Assembly: GCA_016213735.1 (NCBI GenBank)
Contig: JACQZU010000022.1
Span: 59,171-123,170 of the forward strand
Length of the DNA stretch: 64,000 bases
Direction of reading: 5' to 3'
Source of the DNA: Acidobacteriota bacterium
GTDB lineage: Bacteria > Acidobacteriota > Holophagae > Holophagales > Holophagaceae
Part shown: positions 21,427 through 30,977 of the stretch, piece after piece
Numbering within the stretch: position 1 is the stretch's first letter
How the letters are laid out: each line of letters starts with the position of its first letter
Translations under genes and position numbers: made by a program
The notes under the pieces: generated by a model
The model's database searches: none
Seen by the model: only the letters and a program-made list of their open reading frames with translations
What the model was told of the DNA's origin: nothing

Positions 21427-23109
21427 ATGGATCGCAGGACCCGCCGAACCCTTCTCGCCCTTTGGTTCTTCCTGGGCCTCCTTCCGCTCTTCCTGCGGCC
21501 CCTGTGGGAGCCCGACGAGGCGCGCTACGCGGAGATCCCCCGGGAGATGCTGGCCGCCGGGGATTGGCTCACCCCCCGCCTGAATGGACTCCTCTACTTC
21601 GAGAAGCCTCCCCTCCAGTACTGGCTCTCGGCGATCTCCATGAAGCTCTTCGGCGTCCACGCCTGGGCGGCGCGCCTGCCCCTGGCCCTGGCGTCGGGCC
21701 TCATGCTCTGGGCAGCCTGGCGCCTGGCCCGGCGCCTGGGCGCCCGGGACCCCCGCTGGGCCTCCTTCATGGCCGCCACCGCCCTCCTGGGCTTCGTGGT
21801 GGGCCAGATCCTCACCCTGGACGCGCTCTTCAGCGCCTTCCTTGTTGCGGGCCTGGCGGCCTTCGTCGAGGCCGTGGCGGCCCGGCGGGAGGGAAGCCCC
21901 GCCACCGGCTGGACCCTCGCGGCCTACGCCTGTTTCGCCGGGGCCCTGCTCACCAAGGGCCTCGCCGAACTCATCCTCACCGGGGGCATGTTCGTCCTTT
22001 CCCTGCCCTTCGCCTGGCGGGACGCTCCGCTCCGGCGGGCCCTGCTGAGAACCGCCCTGGATCCCGCGGGATGGGCCCTCTACCTGGCCTTGTCCGTTCC
22101 CTGGTTCATCCTCGTGGAGCGGGCCAACCCGGGCCACGCCCAGTTCTTCTTCATTCACGAGCACTTCACCCGCTTCCTCACCCACCAGCACGCGCGGCAG
22201 GGCTCCAGCAACTGGCTCCTGGACAAGCTCTACTTCGCCGCCGTCCTCGGGGTGGGCCTGCTGCCCTGGCTGTCCGCCGCCGTGGTGGGGATCAAGCGGG
22301 GCTGGGCCTTCGTGAGGCGGGACGCCCGGGCCCTCACCGGAGCCACGGGGAATTTGAACCGGTGGGTGGTGGCGGCGGTCCTCGCCGCCTTCGCATGGCC
22401 TCTGCTCTTCTTCAGCCTTTCGGGATCCAAGCTGCCGCCCTACATCCTTCCCGCCGTGGTGCCCCTCGCCGCCCTGGCCGCGAGCTTCGAGCGGACCGGG
22501 GAGGAGGAGGGCGCCTTCCGCCGTGTGGGATGGGAACTCCTCGTCCTGGGGGTGCTTCTGCTCGCCGGGGCCGTCGTTTCCAGGCGGGAACCCGGCCTGG
22601 ACCTGTTCTGGGCCCTGGCCCCCGGGGCGGCCCTGGGCGCCCTGGGGATCTGGGTGCTGCGTCCCGTGGGCCTGAGCGGGGCCCGGTGGATGGTCCTCCT
22701 GGGCACCGCCCTCTGGATCCTGGCTTTCGGGGTGCACCGCAGCGCCGGCCCCTCGAAGGATGTGAGCCGCCTGGTGCGGATGGCGCCTCCCGGGGCCCAG
22801 TGGATCAGCTTCGGCCAGTACTTCCAGGCGGTCCCCTTCCTCACGGGGGAGCGCTGCGTGGTGGTGGCGGGGACCGGGGAGCTCGCCTTCGGGCGGGCCA
22901 GGCTTTCCCCGAGCGAAGCCGAGCGCTGGCTGCCAGAGTCCCCGGAGGCCCTGCTGCCCACGGCCCGCCGGATGGCCGGCGAACAGCCCCGACGCCCCGT
23001 GATGGTCCTGGCGAAGGACCGGGACTGGGAAGCGGCGGGTCCCGAAACCCGGAGGCCCTTCGTGGAAGTGGCCCGCTGGGGGAACAACCTGTTGCTGGGA
23101 CTGCCCTGA
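21427..23109 (+). CDS. glycosyltransferase family 39 (ArnT/PMT-like undecaprenyl-phosphate-sugar transferase)
   Basis: N-terminal GT39/ArnT motifs (…PLWEPDEARYAEIPREM…YFEKPPLQYW…) and a multi-TM profile. Confidence 0.8.
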   Translation: MDRRTRRTLLALWFFLGLLPLFLRPLWEPDEARYAEIPREMLAAGDWLTPRLNGLLYFEKPPLQYWLSAISMKLFGVHAWAARLPLALASGLMLWAAWRLARRLGARDPRWASFMAATALLGFVVGQILTLDALFSAFLVAGLAAFVEAVAARREGSPATGWTLAAYACFAGALLTKGLAELILTGGMFVLSLPFAWRDAPLRRALLRTALDPAGWALYLALSVPWFILVERANPGHAQFFFIHEHFTRFLTHQHARQGSSNWLLDKLYFAAVLGVGLLPWLSAAVVGIKRGWAFVRRDARALTGATGNLNRWVVAAVLAAFAWPLLFFSLSGSKLPPYILPAVVPLAALAASFERTGEEEGAFRRVGWELLVLGVLLLAGAVVSRREPGLDLFWALAPGAALGALGIWVLRPVGLSGARWMVLLGTALWILAFGVHRSAGPSKDVSRLVRMAPPGAQWISFGQYFQAVPFLTGERCVVVAGTGELAFGRARLSPSEAERWLPESPEALLPTARRMAGEQPRRPVMVLAKDRDWEAAGPETRRPFVEVARWGNNLLLGLP

Positions 23110-23115
23110 ACGCCC

Positions 23116-23571
23116 CTATTTCTTGTAGATCCCCGCGCCGAAGATCAGCCCTTCCCAGAGCTCGATGTAGCTGGTCTTGGGCTCGATCTTGTTGTCCACG
23201 GGATTTCGGTACTTGTAGTCGTGCCAGCCTTTTCCCTTGCTCTTGGCCAGCTGGACCCGCTCCACCACGAATTCCTTTCCGTCGGCGTCCTTGGCCTTGA
23301 TCTGGTTCACTCCCACCTTGGCGGCGCCCTGGCCGTGCGCCAGCACCTTGCCCTCCAGGTCGTAGACGAAGACGTACAATTCGCCCCCGTGCCGGTGGAA
23401 CCGGCCCCCGGACTTGGTGATTTCCTTGAAGGCGGCCTCCTTTCCGCTGGACTTGGCGAAGGCGATGGCCTCCTTCACGAGGGCCTCCACTTCGGCGGGG
23501 GAGGCGTTCTGGGCGGCGAGGCCCAGGCAGACGGCCGGGGCCAGAAGCAGGGTGATAGCGCTGAATTTCAT
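23116..23571 (-). CDS. secreted single-Cache (sCache_2-like) domain protein
   Basis: Signal peptide, then a Cache-type fold sequence (…ELYVFVYDLEGKVLAHG…KGKGWHDYKYRNPV…). Confidence 0.65.
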   Translation of the reverse strand: MKFSAITLLLAPAVCLGLAAQNASPAEVEALVKEAIAFAKSSGKEAAFKEITKSGGRFHRHGGELYVFVYDLEGKVLAHGQGAAKVGVNQIKAKDADGKEFVVERVQLAKSKGKGWHDYKYRNPVDNKIEPKTSYIELWEGLIFGAGIYKK

Positions 23572-23730
23572 GGAGGGCTCCGTGGAGGGGTTCCCTCCCT
23601 TGTCGGCAGACGGGAAAATTCCTGAAATCCGGCCGGATCCGGGAACCCTCCCCTTTTTTTTCCTCCGCCCCGAGAGGAATCCCGAACCCCGGGCACGGCT
23701 CCGCTAGGCTGAAGTCCTACCGGAGGGGGG

Positions 23731-24447
23731 ATGAAGGGCCTGATCCAGCGCATCACCGCAAGGGACCAGCGTCTCGGGGCCTTCAGGCACTACGAGATTC
23801 TCGTCCAGGTGTACGTCGTGGTGCTGCTCATCAGCAACCTGGTTGGGCAGAAGCTCAGCGCCTTCGGGCCCTTCCGGGTGAGCGGGGCCCAGCTGCTCTT
23901 CCCCATCACCTACATCTTCAGCGACATCTTCACCGAGGTGTACGGCTACGCCGGATCCCGCCGGGCCATCTGGATCGCCTTTTTCGCCAATGCCTTGATG
24001 GCGCTCATGGGGGTCTTCATGGTGTGGATCCCGGCGGCACCCGAGTGGCCCGCGGCCAATCAGGAGGCCTTCCGCCTGGTCTTCGGCGCCGTGCCGCGCA
24101 TGATCGTGGCCAGCCTCCTGGCCTTCTGGGCGGGGGAATTCGCCAACAGCTTCGTGATGGCCAAAATGAAAATCTGGACCCAGGGCCGCTGGCTCTGGAC
24201 CCGAACCATCGGAAGCACGGTTGCGGGACAGGCCCTCGACTCGCTCATCGTCACGGCGGTGTTCTTCTGGGGGACGGTTCCCTGGACCACGGTGCTGGTG
24301 GCCGCGGGATCGGGATACCTCTTCAAAGTGGCTTACGAGGCCCTGGCCACGCCCCTGACCTACGGGATCGTGGCCTGGCTCAAGCGCAGCGAAGGAGTGG
24401 ACCTGTACGACGAAGGGACGGACTTCAACCCCTTCCGGAAAGCCTGA
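23731..24447 (+). CDS. queuosine-precursor transporter (YhhQ/Vut family, COG1738)
   Basis: Six-TM protein with YhhQ-family signatures (…LFPITYIFSDIFTEVYGY…). Confidence 0.8.
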   Translation: MKGLIQRITARDQRLGAFRHYEILVQVYVVVLLISNLVGQKLSAFGPFRVSGAQLLFPITYIFSDIFTEVYGYAGSRRAIWIAFFANALMALMGVFMVWIPAAPEWPAANQEAFRLVFGAVPRMIVASLLAFWAGEFANSFVMAKMKIWTQGRWLWTRTIGSTVAGQALDSLIVTAVFFWGTVPWTTVLVAAGSGYLFKVAYEALATPLTYGIVAWLKRSEGVDLYDEGTDFNPFRKA

Positions 24448-24519
24448 GGGGCGGAAGCTCCCAGGGCTCATCGCTCAATCTCCCCAGGCCGAAAAGACCC
24501 AGACAGGAGGCCCCGACCC

Positions 24520-27500
24520 ATGGAACTGAGGCCCACATCCGAGCTGGTGCCTCTCCCCATGGAGGAGGGCCTGTTCGAGACCTTTCCCATGGGCCTCCTG
24601 GTGGTGGACGGATCGGGGCGGGTCCTGCGGGCGAATCCGGCGGGAAAAGGTCTCCTGGGCCCCCTCGAGGGAACCCCCTGGGTCCTCGGGGGCCGGGACC
24701 GACCGATCCTTGCCTCCGACCTCCGTCCCCTCGCCCCCGAAGAGTTCCCCTGGGCCCGAGCCTTGCGGGACGGGAAAGCCCTTCCCGAGGTCCTGCTGGG
24801 CGTCTCCTCCCCGGCCGGCAGGGTCGTCTGGCTGACCCTGAACGCCACTCCCCTGGACCAGGAGCGGGCCCTCCTGGCCTGTCAGGGTGCCTCGGAGCAG
24901 CACCGGTTCCGAGCCCTATCTGCGGCCACCACCGATGGATGCTTGCGGGTGGACCTCGAGGGCCGGCTCCTGGAAGTGAACGAGGCCTATTCCGCCATGT
25001 CGGGGTACACCCGAGAGGAGTTGTTGGGGTTCCGAGTCTCGGACCTGGAGGCCAAGGAAGCCCCCGAAGAGACCCAGGCGCACATCCAGCGGATCGTGGA
25101 GACCGGCTTCGCCCGCTTCCAGACCTGGCATCGCCGCAAGGACGCCTCCATTCTGGAGGTCGAGGTGAGCGCCACCTTCCTCCGGGAAGCGGGCGAATTC
25201 CTCGTCTTCCTGCAGGACATCGGGTACCGGTCGTCCGCGGAGGCCGAATTGCGCCTGCAGGCCTGGGCCCTGGACCAGGCCCTGGACCGGGTCACGGTGA
25301 CGGACCTGGAGGGACGCATCATCTACGTCAACCAGGCCCAGTGCGCCTTCCTGGGTCAGCCCCGGCATTCCCTCCTGGGGCGTTCCGTGGAGGGGTATTC
25401 CCCTGGCCCGGAAGGGGTCGAGGCTCAGCGCAGAATCCTCGAGGGGACCCTGGAACGGGGCGAATGGCGGGGAGAGGTCCAGACCCAGGGCCCGGATGGC
25501 CGGACGAGCCTGGTGGACCTCCGGACCAGCCTCATCCGGGACCCCGAGGGGCGGCCCCTGGCCATGGTGGGGGTGGGCACGGACATCACGGAGCGCCGCA
25601 GGGCGGAGGACGAACTGGCAGGTCGGGAGACCCGCTACCGGCAGCTCGTGGAGTCCACCAAGGCCATCCCATGGGAATTCGACCTGGAGACCCTCCGCTT
25701 CACCTACGTCGCCCCCCAGGCGGAGGCCCTCTTCGGCCATCCCATCGCCGACTGGTACGGGGAAGGCTTCTGGCCCGCCCACATCCACCCCGAGGACCGG
25801 GATTGGGCCGTGAGTTATTGCATGGCCTGCTCTGGGCGCCTGGAGGAGCACGAGTTCGACTACCGCTTCATGACCGCGGAGGGCAAGGCCCTCTGGGTCC
25901 GGGACGTGGTCTCCGTTTTCGCGGAAGGCAACCGGCCCAAGGCCTTGCGGGGGGTGATGATCAACATCACCGACCAGAAACAGGCCGAACTCGCCCTCAT
26001 GGAACATGAGCTCAAGTACCGGACCTTGTTCGAGCGAGTCGGGGACTATGTGCTCGTCGTGGAACCCAGGCCAGGGGGAATGCCCGTCATTGTGGACTTC
26101 AACGAGGCCGCGCTGGCGGCTCACGGCTACACCCGGGAGGAGTTGATGGGGCAGCCCATGACGCTGCTGGACCCGGACCTCACCCCCGGGGTGGTGGCGG
26201 AACGGATGGGGTCCATGGGCGAGGCAGGGCTGCTTCTCGAAGCTTGCCACCGGAGGAAGGACGGTTCCCGCTTCGACGTGGAGGTCCGGCTCAGCCCCTT
26301 CCAACTCGCGGGGCGCACCCTCCTCCTCGGGGTGGAGCGGGACATCACCGACCGGAAGCGGGCCGAGGCGGCCTTGGCGGAAAGCGAGGCGCGATTCCGC
26401 CAGCTCTTCGAGGGTCACGCGGTGCCCATGCTCCTCGTCGAGCCCGAAAGCGGGGCCTTCATGGACGTCAACCCCGCCGCGGAGGTGTTCTACGGGTACA
26501 GCCGGAAGACCTTCCGGACCTTTCACGTCTGGGACGTGAACGTGCTGCCGGAGAAGCGGGTCCGGGAACGGCTCGAGGAATGCCTGGTGCGGAAGGAAAC
26601 CCAGTGGATTTCAGATCATCGCCTGGCGTGCGGGGAGATCCGCACCGTGGAAGTCCATTCCAGCCCCATCCAGGTGGGGGGGCGGAACTTCCTCTTCAGC
26701 ATCATCGTGGACATCTCCAAGCGCGTGGAGGCGCAGGAGGCCCTTCGGACCAGCGAGGCCAAGCTCAGGGAAGCCCAGAACCTGGCCCGCCTTGGCTGGT
26801 GGGAACAGGACCACCGGAGCGGAAAGGTGACCTGGTCCGAAGAGCTCTACCGGGTCCACGGACTGGATCCTCATGGCAGCCCCCCGGACTGGAAGGCCTT
26901 CCAGGAACGGATCCATCCTGATGACCGCCCGCGGATGGTGGAACGCTTCGAGGAACACCTCAAGGGGGGCCGGGCCTTGAGCGGGCACTACCGGATCCAG
27001 CTCCCGGGAGGGGAGGTCCGGCACCTCCGGACCTTCATCCGGACGGAGTTCAGCCCCGAGGGGCAGGCGCTCCGGTCCTTCGGCACGGACCAGGATGTGA
27101 CGGAGCAGGTGCTCGCGGAGGCGGAGCGCCAGAGGACCGTGTCCCTGCTGGAGGCCACCCTCGAGTCCACCGCGGACGGAATCCTGGTGGTGGACCACCA
27201 GGGCCAGGTCCAGGGTTTCAACCACCAGTTCCAGCAGATGTGGCGTCTTCCCCAGGCCCTCCTCGACCGTCACGAGGACGGCGCCCTCCTCTCTTTCGTC
27301 CTGGACCAGGTGGAAGATCCCTCGAGCTTCCTGGAAAAGGTGGAGGGGCTCTACGCTCATCCCGGTGAAGAGTGCTTCGACGTGATTCCCTTCAAGGACG
27401 GGAGGGTTTTCGAGCGGTACTCCTGTCCCCAGCGCCTGGGGGGAGAGATCGTGGGCCGGGTCTGGAGCTTCCGGGACGTGACCCAGGGAAGGCGGGCGGA

Positions 27501-29010
27501 GGAGGAGCGCCGGTCCAGCGAGGAGAAATTCCAGCGGGCCTTCCGCGGGGCACCCCTGATGATGACCCTGACACGCCTGGAGGACGGGACCCTCCTGGAA
27601 GTGAACGACCGTTTCTGCACCTTGTCGGGCTTCTCCAGGGAGGAGTGCCTGGGAAAAACCACGCTGGACCTTGGTTGGATTCACCCCGAGGACCGCCGGC
27701 GCCTGGTTTCCAGCCTGGACCCCGAGGGCCGGGTCCGGAACCTGGAGATGAACCTGCATGCCAAGGACGGCCGCGCCATCCCCAGCCTTTTCTCCGCCGA
27801 GGTGCTGCAGGTGGGTGGCGAGGCGCTGCTCATCTCCATGGCCACGGACATCTCCGAGCGTGTCCTCGCGGAGGAACAGCGGCGGGCCCTCGAGACCCAG
27901 CTCCACCACCTCCAGCGCATGGAGAGCGTGGGGCGCCTGGCTGGAGGCATCGCCCACGACATGAACAACGTCCTGGCGGGGATCATGGCCCTGGCCACGC
28001 TGCTCCAGGGAACGGGGGACCCCGACGCCTCCAAGTGGGCCGACTTGATCCTCGATGCCAGCCTGAGGGGCAGGAACCTGGTGAAAGGCCTGATGGAGTT
28101 CGCCCGGAAGGAAGTGAAGGAAGTCGAGCCGGTGGACCTCAACGAGGTGGTGCGCAAGGAGGCGGAAATCCTGGCGAACACCACACTCCAGCGCGTCCAT
28201 ATCGAGCAGGACCTGGAACCGGACCTTCCCCCGGTCACCGGATCCCTGACGGGTCTCTCCACCGCCCTCATGAACCTCTGCGTCAACGCGGTGGATGCCA
28301 TGCCCGAGGGAGGGAGGCTTGGCCTGCGGACCCGCCGCGCCGGGGATGGACAGGTGAGCCTGGTGGTGGAGGACAGCGGCCTGGGCATGCCGCCCGAGGT
28401 CCTGTCCCGGGCCATGGAACCCTTCTTCACCACGAAACCGGCGGGGAAGGGCACGGGCCTGGGCCTCTCCGTGGTGTTTGGGACGGTGCAGGCTCACGGG
28501 GGAACCCTTGTGATCCATAGCGAACCGGGGAAGGGAACCCGTGTCGAGGTCACCCTTCCGGTCCGGGGAGGTCCCCGCCTGCTCCCATCGAGCGCCACGC
28601 TTCCCGCGCCGGCCTCGGGGGCTTCCCTCAATCTCCTGGTGGTGGACGACGATCCCCTGATCCTCGAGACCACCCCCGCGCTCCTGGAAAGCCTGGGCCA
28701 CCGGGTGGAAGCCGCCAATGGGGGAAGGGCCGCCCTGAGCCTCCTGGAGAAGGGGGGGGAATGGGACGCGGTCCTGTTGGACATGAACATGCCTGGCATG
28801 GACGGCGTCGAGACCCTCCGCCGGTTCAGGGCTCTGGCCCCAAGCCTCCCGGTCCTGGTGGTCAGCGGCTACCTCGAGCGGCGGATCACGGATGAACTTG
28901 AGCGGCTCGGGAGGGTGGGCATCCTTCCTAAACCCTATTCCTGTGAGGAGGTGGAGGCGGCCCTGAAGGTTCTACTGAGCGACCGGGAGGGGCCCCCCCA
29001 TCTGGGATGA
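24520..29010 (+). CDS. giant cytoplasmic multi-PAS/PAC hybrid sensor histidine kinase with C-terminal receiver (1496 aa)
   Basis: About eight PAS/PAC modules, H-box …RLAGGIAHDMNNVL…, HATPase (…FFTTKPAGKGTGLGLSVV…), REC (…LLDMNMPGMDG…). Confidence 0.85.
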   Translation: MELRPTSELVPLPMEEGLFETFPMGLLVVDGSGRVLRANPAGKGLLGPLEGTPWVLGGRDRPILASDLRPLAPEEFPWARALRDGKALPEVLLGVSSPAGRVVWLTLNATPLDQERALLACQGASEQHRFRALSAATTDGCLRVDLEGRLLEVNEAYSAMSGYTREELLGFRVSDLEAKEAPEETQAHIQRIVETGFARFQTWHRRKDASILEVEVSATFLREAGEFLVFLQDIGYRSSAEAELRLQAWALDQALDRVTVTDLEGRIIYVNQAQCAFLGQPRHSLLGRSVEGYSPGPEGVEAQRRILEGTLERGEWRGEVQTQGPDGRTSLVDLRTSLIRDPEGRPLAMVGVGTDITERRRAEDELAGRETRYRQLVESTKAIPWEFDLETLRFTYVAPQAEALFGHPIADWYGEGFWPAHIHPEDRDWAVSYCMACSGRLEEHEFDYRFMTAEGKALWVRDVVSVFAEGNRPKALRGVMINITDQKQAELALMEHELKYRTLFERVGDYVLVVEPRPGGMPVIVDFNEAALAAHGYTREELMGQPMTLLDPDLTPGVVAERMGSMGEAGLLLEACHRRKDGSRFDVEVRLSPFQLAGRTLLLGVERDITDRKRAEAALAESEARFRQLFEGHAVPMLLVEPESGAFMDVNPAAEVFYGYSRKTFRTFHVWDVNVLPEKRVRERLEECLVRKETQWISDHRLACGEIRTVEVHSSPIQVGGRNFLFSIIVDISKRVEAQEALRTSEAKLREAQNLARLGWWEQDHRSGKVTWSEELYRVHGLDPHGSPPDWKAFQERIHPDDRPRMVERFEEHLKGGRALSGHYRIQLPGGEVRHLRTFIRTEFSPEGQALRSFGTDQDVTEQVLAEAERQRTVSLLEATLESTADGILVVDHQGQVQGFNHQFQQMWRLPQALLDRHEDGALLSFVLDQVEDPSSFLEKVEGLYAHPGEECFDVIPFKDGRVFERYSCPQRLGGEIVGRVWSFRDVTQGRRAEEERRSSEEKFQRAFRGAPLMMTLTRLEDGTLLEVNDRFCTLSGFSREECLGKTTLDLGWIHPEDRRRLVSSLDPEGRVRNLEMNLHAKDGRAIPSLFSAEVLQVGGEALLISMATDISERVLAEEQRRALETQLHHLQRMESVGRLAGGIAHDMNNVLAGIMALATLLQGTGDPDASKWADLILDASLRGRNLVKGLMEFARKEVKEVEPVDLNEVVRKEAEILANTTLQRVHIEQDLEPDLPPVTGSLTGLSTALMNLCVNAVDAMPEGGRLGLRTRRAGDGQVSLVVEDSGLGMPPEVLSRAMEPFFTTKPAGKGTGLGLSVVFGTVQAHGGTLVIHSEPGKGTRVEVTLPVRGGPRLLPSSATLPAPASGASLNLLVVDDDPLILETTPALLESLGHRVEAANGGRAALSLLEKGGEWDAVLLDMNMPGMDGVETLRRFRALAPSLPVLVVSGYLERRITDELERLGRVGILPKPYSCEEVEAALKVLLSDREGPPHLG

Positions 29011-29279
29011 CCGGAAGTTCGATATTTTAATGACCCAAAATCATTTATTATTCGGACCCTCCGGGATTTGCCCCCTCCTGGCTGTGGCGGAGCCAGTTTC
29101 CAGCCTTTTCCTCGACCGTATGTCGAGGCGGGGCAATCCCCTCGGGGGTCCCGGGGACCTGGACGGTGGCGGGGGAGGCGGCGCGGTGATCCTCCCCAAA
29201 GGCCTAACCAATCCCCCCAGCCCTCTTCCTCAGGTCGCCCGTTTCCACGGAGGGGACCCAGGGTTCCCGAAATGGATGC

Positions 29280-29645
29280 CTAGGATCCTTTCACGCCTTC
29301 CTTGACGCCCTTGCCGACCTCCTTGGCACCCTCGGCAACCCCCTTTCCAAGGGACTTGGCGCCTTCCTTCACGCCCTTCCCGGCCTCCTTGGCGCCCGAG
29401 GCCACTTCCTTGGCCGTTGCCTTGGCGGCCTTGCCGGTGCGCTTGGCGGCCTGGCCCACCTTCCGGCCTACCTCCCGGGCGGCCTCGCCGACCTTCTGCC
29501 CGGCCTCCCGGACCTGACCTGCGGCTCCCCGGGCATCGTCCCGGATCCGTTCCTTGGGGTCCTCGGCGGCCATGGGCAAGGCGGACAGAAGGAGCAGGGC
29601 GCGGAGAAGCACGAGACACCTCCAGCCCCCAGTGTAGGCCGTCAT
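29280..29645 (-). CDS. secreted Lys/Gly/Ala-rich repeat protein (11-residue amphipathic repeats, CsbD/LEA-like)
   Basis: Signal peptide (…CLVLLRALLLLSALPMAAE), then about eight imperfect KEAGKxVxEGA repeats. The competing GR-rich frame (29230..29694) is rejected. Confidence 0.45.
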   Translation of the reverse strand: MTAYTGGWRCLVLLRALLLLSALPMAAEDPKERIRDDARGAAGQVREAGQKVGEAAREVGRKVGQAAKRTGKAAKATAKEVASGAKEAGKGVKEGAKSLGKGVAEGAKEVGKGVKEGVKGS

Positions 29646-29701
29646 GCCCTCGGGAACAGCCTGGAGCCCTTTTGGCGGAATTCGAAAATCGCAAACCGAA
29701 A

Positions 29702-30094
29702 ATGGCCTACCCTTGCCCCATGACGCCGAATCTCAAGGCCATCCCCCTGATCCTCCTGGGCGTCCTCCTGAACGCCGCCGCGCAGGTTTTCCTCAAGAAG
29801 GGCCTGCAGGCCGCGGGGGGTCTGGCCTGGGAACCGGGGGCCCTGGTCGGGCTGCTGATCCAGCCGGGAATCCTCGGGGGGCTGGCGTGCTACGCGGTGA
29901 GCGTGGTGGTGTGGCTCGGAGCCCTCTCCCTGGCCGAGGTGAACTTCGCCTATCCCTTCCTGGCCCTGGGTTTCCTGGCGAATGCCCTGATGGCCCGCAC
30001 CTTCCTGGGGGAGCAGGTGCCGGGGCTGCGCTGGGTGGCCTTGGCGGTCATCGTGGCGGGAGTGGCCCTCCAGGCCTGGACCGGAAGGCGCTGA
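29702..30094 (+). CDS. small four-TM DMT/SMR-like membrane protein (EamA-like half-transporter; ArnE/ArnF-like architecture)
   Basis: About 130 aa with four hydrophobic helices; alternative ATG at 29720. Confidence 0.55.
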   Translation: MAYPCPMTPNLKAIPLILLGVLLNAAAQVFLKKGLQAAGGLAWEPGALVGLLIQPGILGGLACYAVSVVVWLGALSLAEVNFAYPFLALGFLANALMARTFLGEQVPGLRWVALAVIVAGVALQAWTGRR

Positions 30095-30146
30095 AGGAAA
30101 CCCTCTGGCAAGATGGAGGCATCGGCCTGTGCGCCGGGGGGGATCC

Positions 30147-30755
30147 ATGCGGCAGGACATCATGATCTCGATCGGCCTGGGCCTCGTCGTGGGGCTGACG
30201 GCGGGCTTCTTCCTGGGAAGGAACAGCGAATCCCAGGCGGCCCCCGTCACGGCTGCCGCAACCATGCCCCCGGCCCAGATGCCGCCGCAAATGCCAGGCC
30301 AAGCACCCTCCATGCCGCCCCCGGGCTCGAAGGTGGACGCCCAGGGCAAGATCGCCGTGCTTCTGGAGGCGACCAGCCGCAACCCCAAGGACCCCCGGGC
30401 CTGGTTCGCCCTGGGGAACGAGTACTTCGACACCCATCAGCCCCAATTGGCCATCGAGGCCTACGACAAGGGCCTGGCCATGGAGCCCAACCCCGACGTG
30501 TTGACCGACCAGGGGGTGATGTACCGGGAACTCCACCAGCACGACAAGGCCCTGGCCTGTTTCGAGAAGGCCCAGAAACTCAATCCCCAGCACCTCCAGA
30601 GCCTCTACAACATGGGGGTGGTCTACGGCGACGACCTCAAGAAACCAGACAAGGCCTTCAAGGCCTGGGAGCGGGTCATCTCCCTCGATCCCAACGGGCC
30701 CATGGGTACCGCCGCGCGTCAGGCCATGGAACGCCTGAAGGCCCGGAAGCCCTAA
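30147..30755 (+). CDS. membrane-anchored tetratricopeptide-repeat protein
   Basis: N-terminal TM helix, Pro/Met-rich linker, three TPR-like repeats (…AWFALGNEYF…AIEAYDKGL…). Confidence 0.65.
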   Translation: MRQDIMISIGLGLVVGLTAGFFLGRNSESQAAPVTAAATMPPAQMPPQMPGQAPSMPPPGSKVDAQGKIAVLLEATSRNPKDPRAWFALGNEYFDTHQPQLAIEAYDKGLAMEPNPDVLTDQGVMYRELHQHDKALACFEKAQKLNPQHLQSLYNMGVVYGDDLKKPDKAFKAWERVISLDPNGPMGTAARQAMERLKARKP

Positions 30756-30977
30756 GGTCGCCAGCCGGAACCGTCCCGATCCTCGGGGGCATGGGAGGGC
30801 CCGGGTCCGGGAAGCTGGCCTTCACCCGGGGAAGGGCCGTCTGCACGTTCCCTGCAATGGGGGACGCCTCGGAGGGGGCCGGGCCTTTTTGGAGGTGCGA
30901 CCCGGCCAAGGCCAAGGTCAGGCCCCTGGGTCGAAGCCGGGTGCGCCCGCCGGGGGGCGTCAGGCCCCGGTACCTGA

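Noticed and set aside
23572-23730. preQ1 riboswitch upstream of the YhhQ-family transporter
   Set aside because: Could not fit the preQ1-I stem-loop and A-rich-tail consensus on the coding strand; retained only as an unexplained structured leader.
29011-29110. Weak hairpin (CTGGC…GCCAG) plus T-rich stretch after the giant kinase gene
   Set aside because: Only a 5-bp stem with 9-nt loop and an interrupted T-tract; not convincing as an intrinsic terminator.
29230-29694. 154-aa GR-rich ORF overlapping the repeat-protein gene in another frame
   Set aside because: Arg/Gly-rich low-complexity translation lacking signal-peptide or repeat logic; the 121-aa frame with signal peptide and amphipathic repeats is preferred (still only moderate confidence).
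30860-30895. Possible terminator after the TPR gene (GGCCGGGCC followed by TTTTT)
   Set aside because: No convincing stem immediately 5' of the T-run; it lies 127 bp after the stop.
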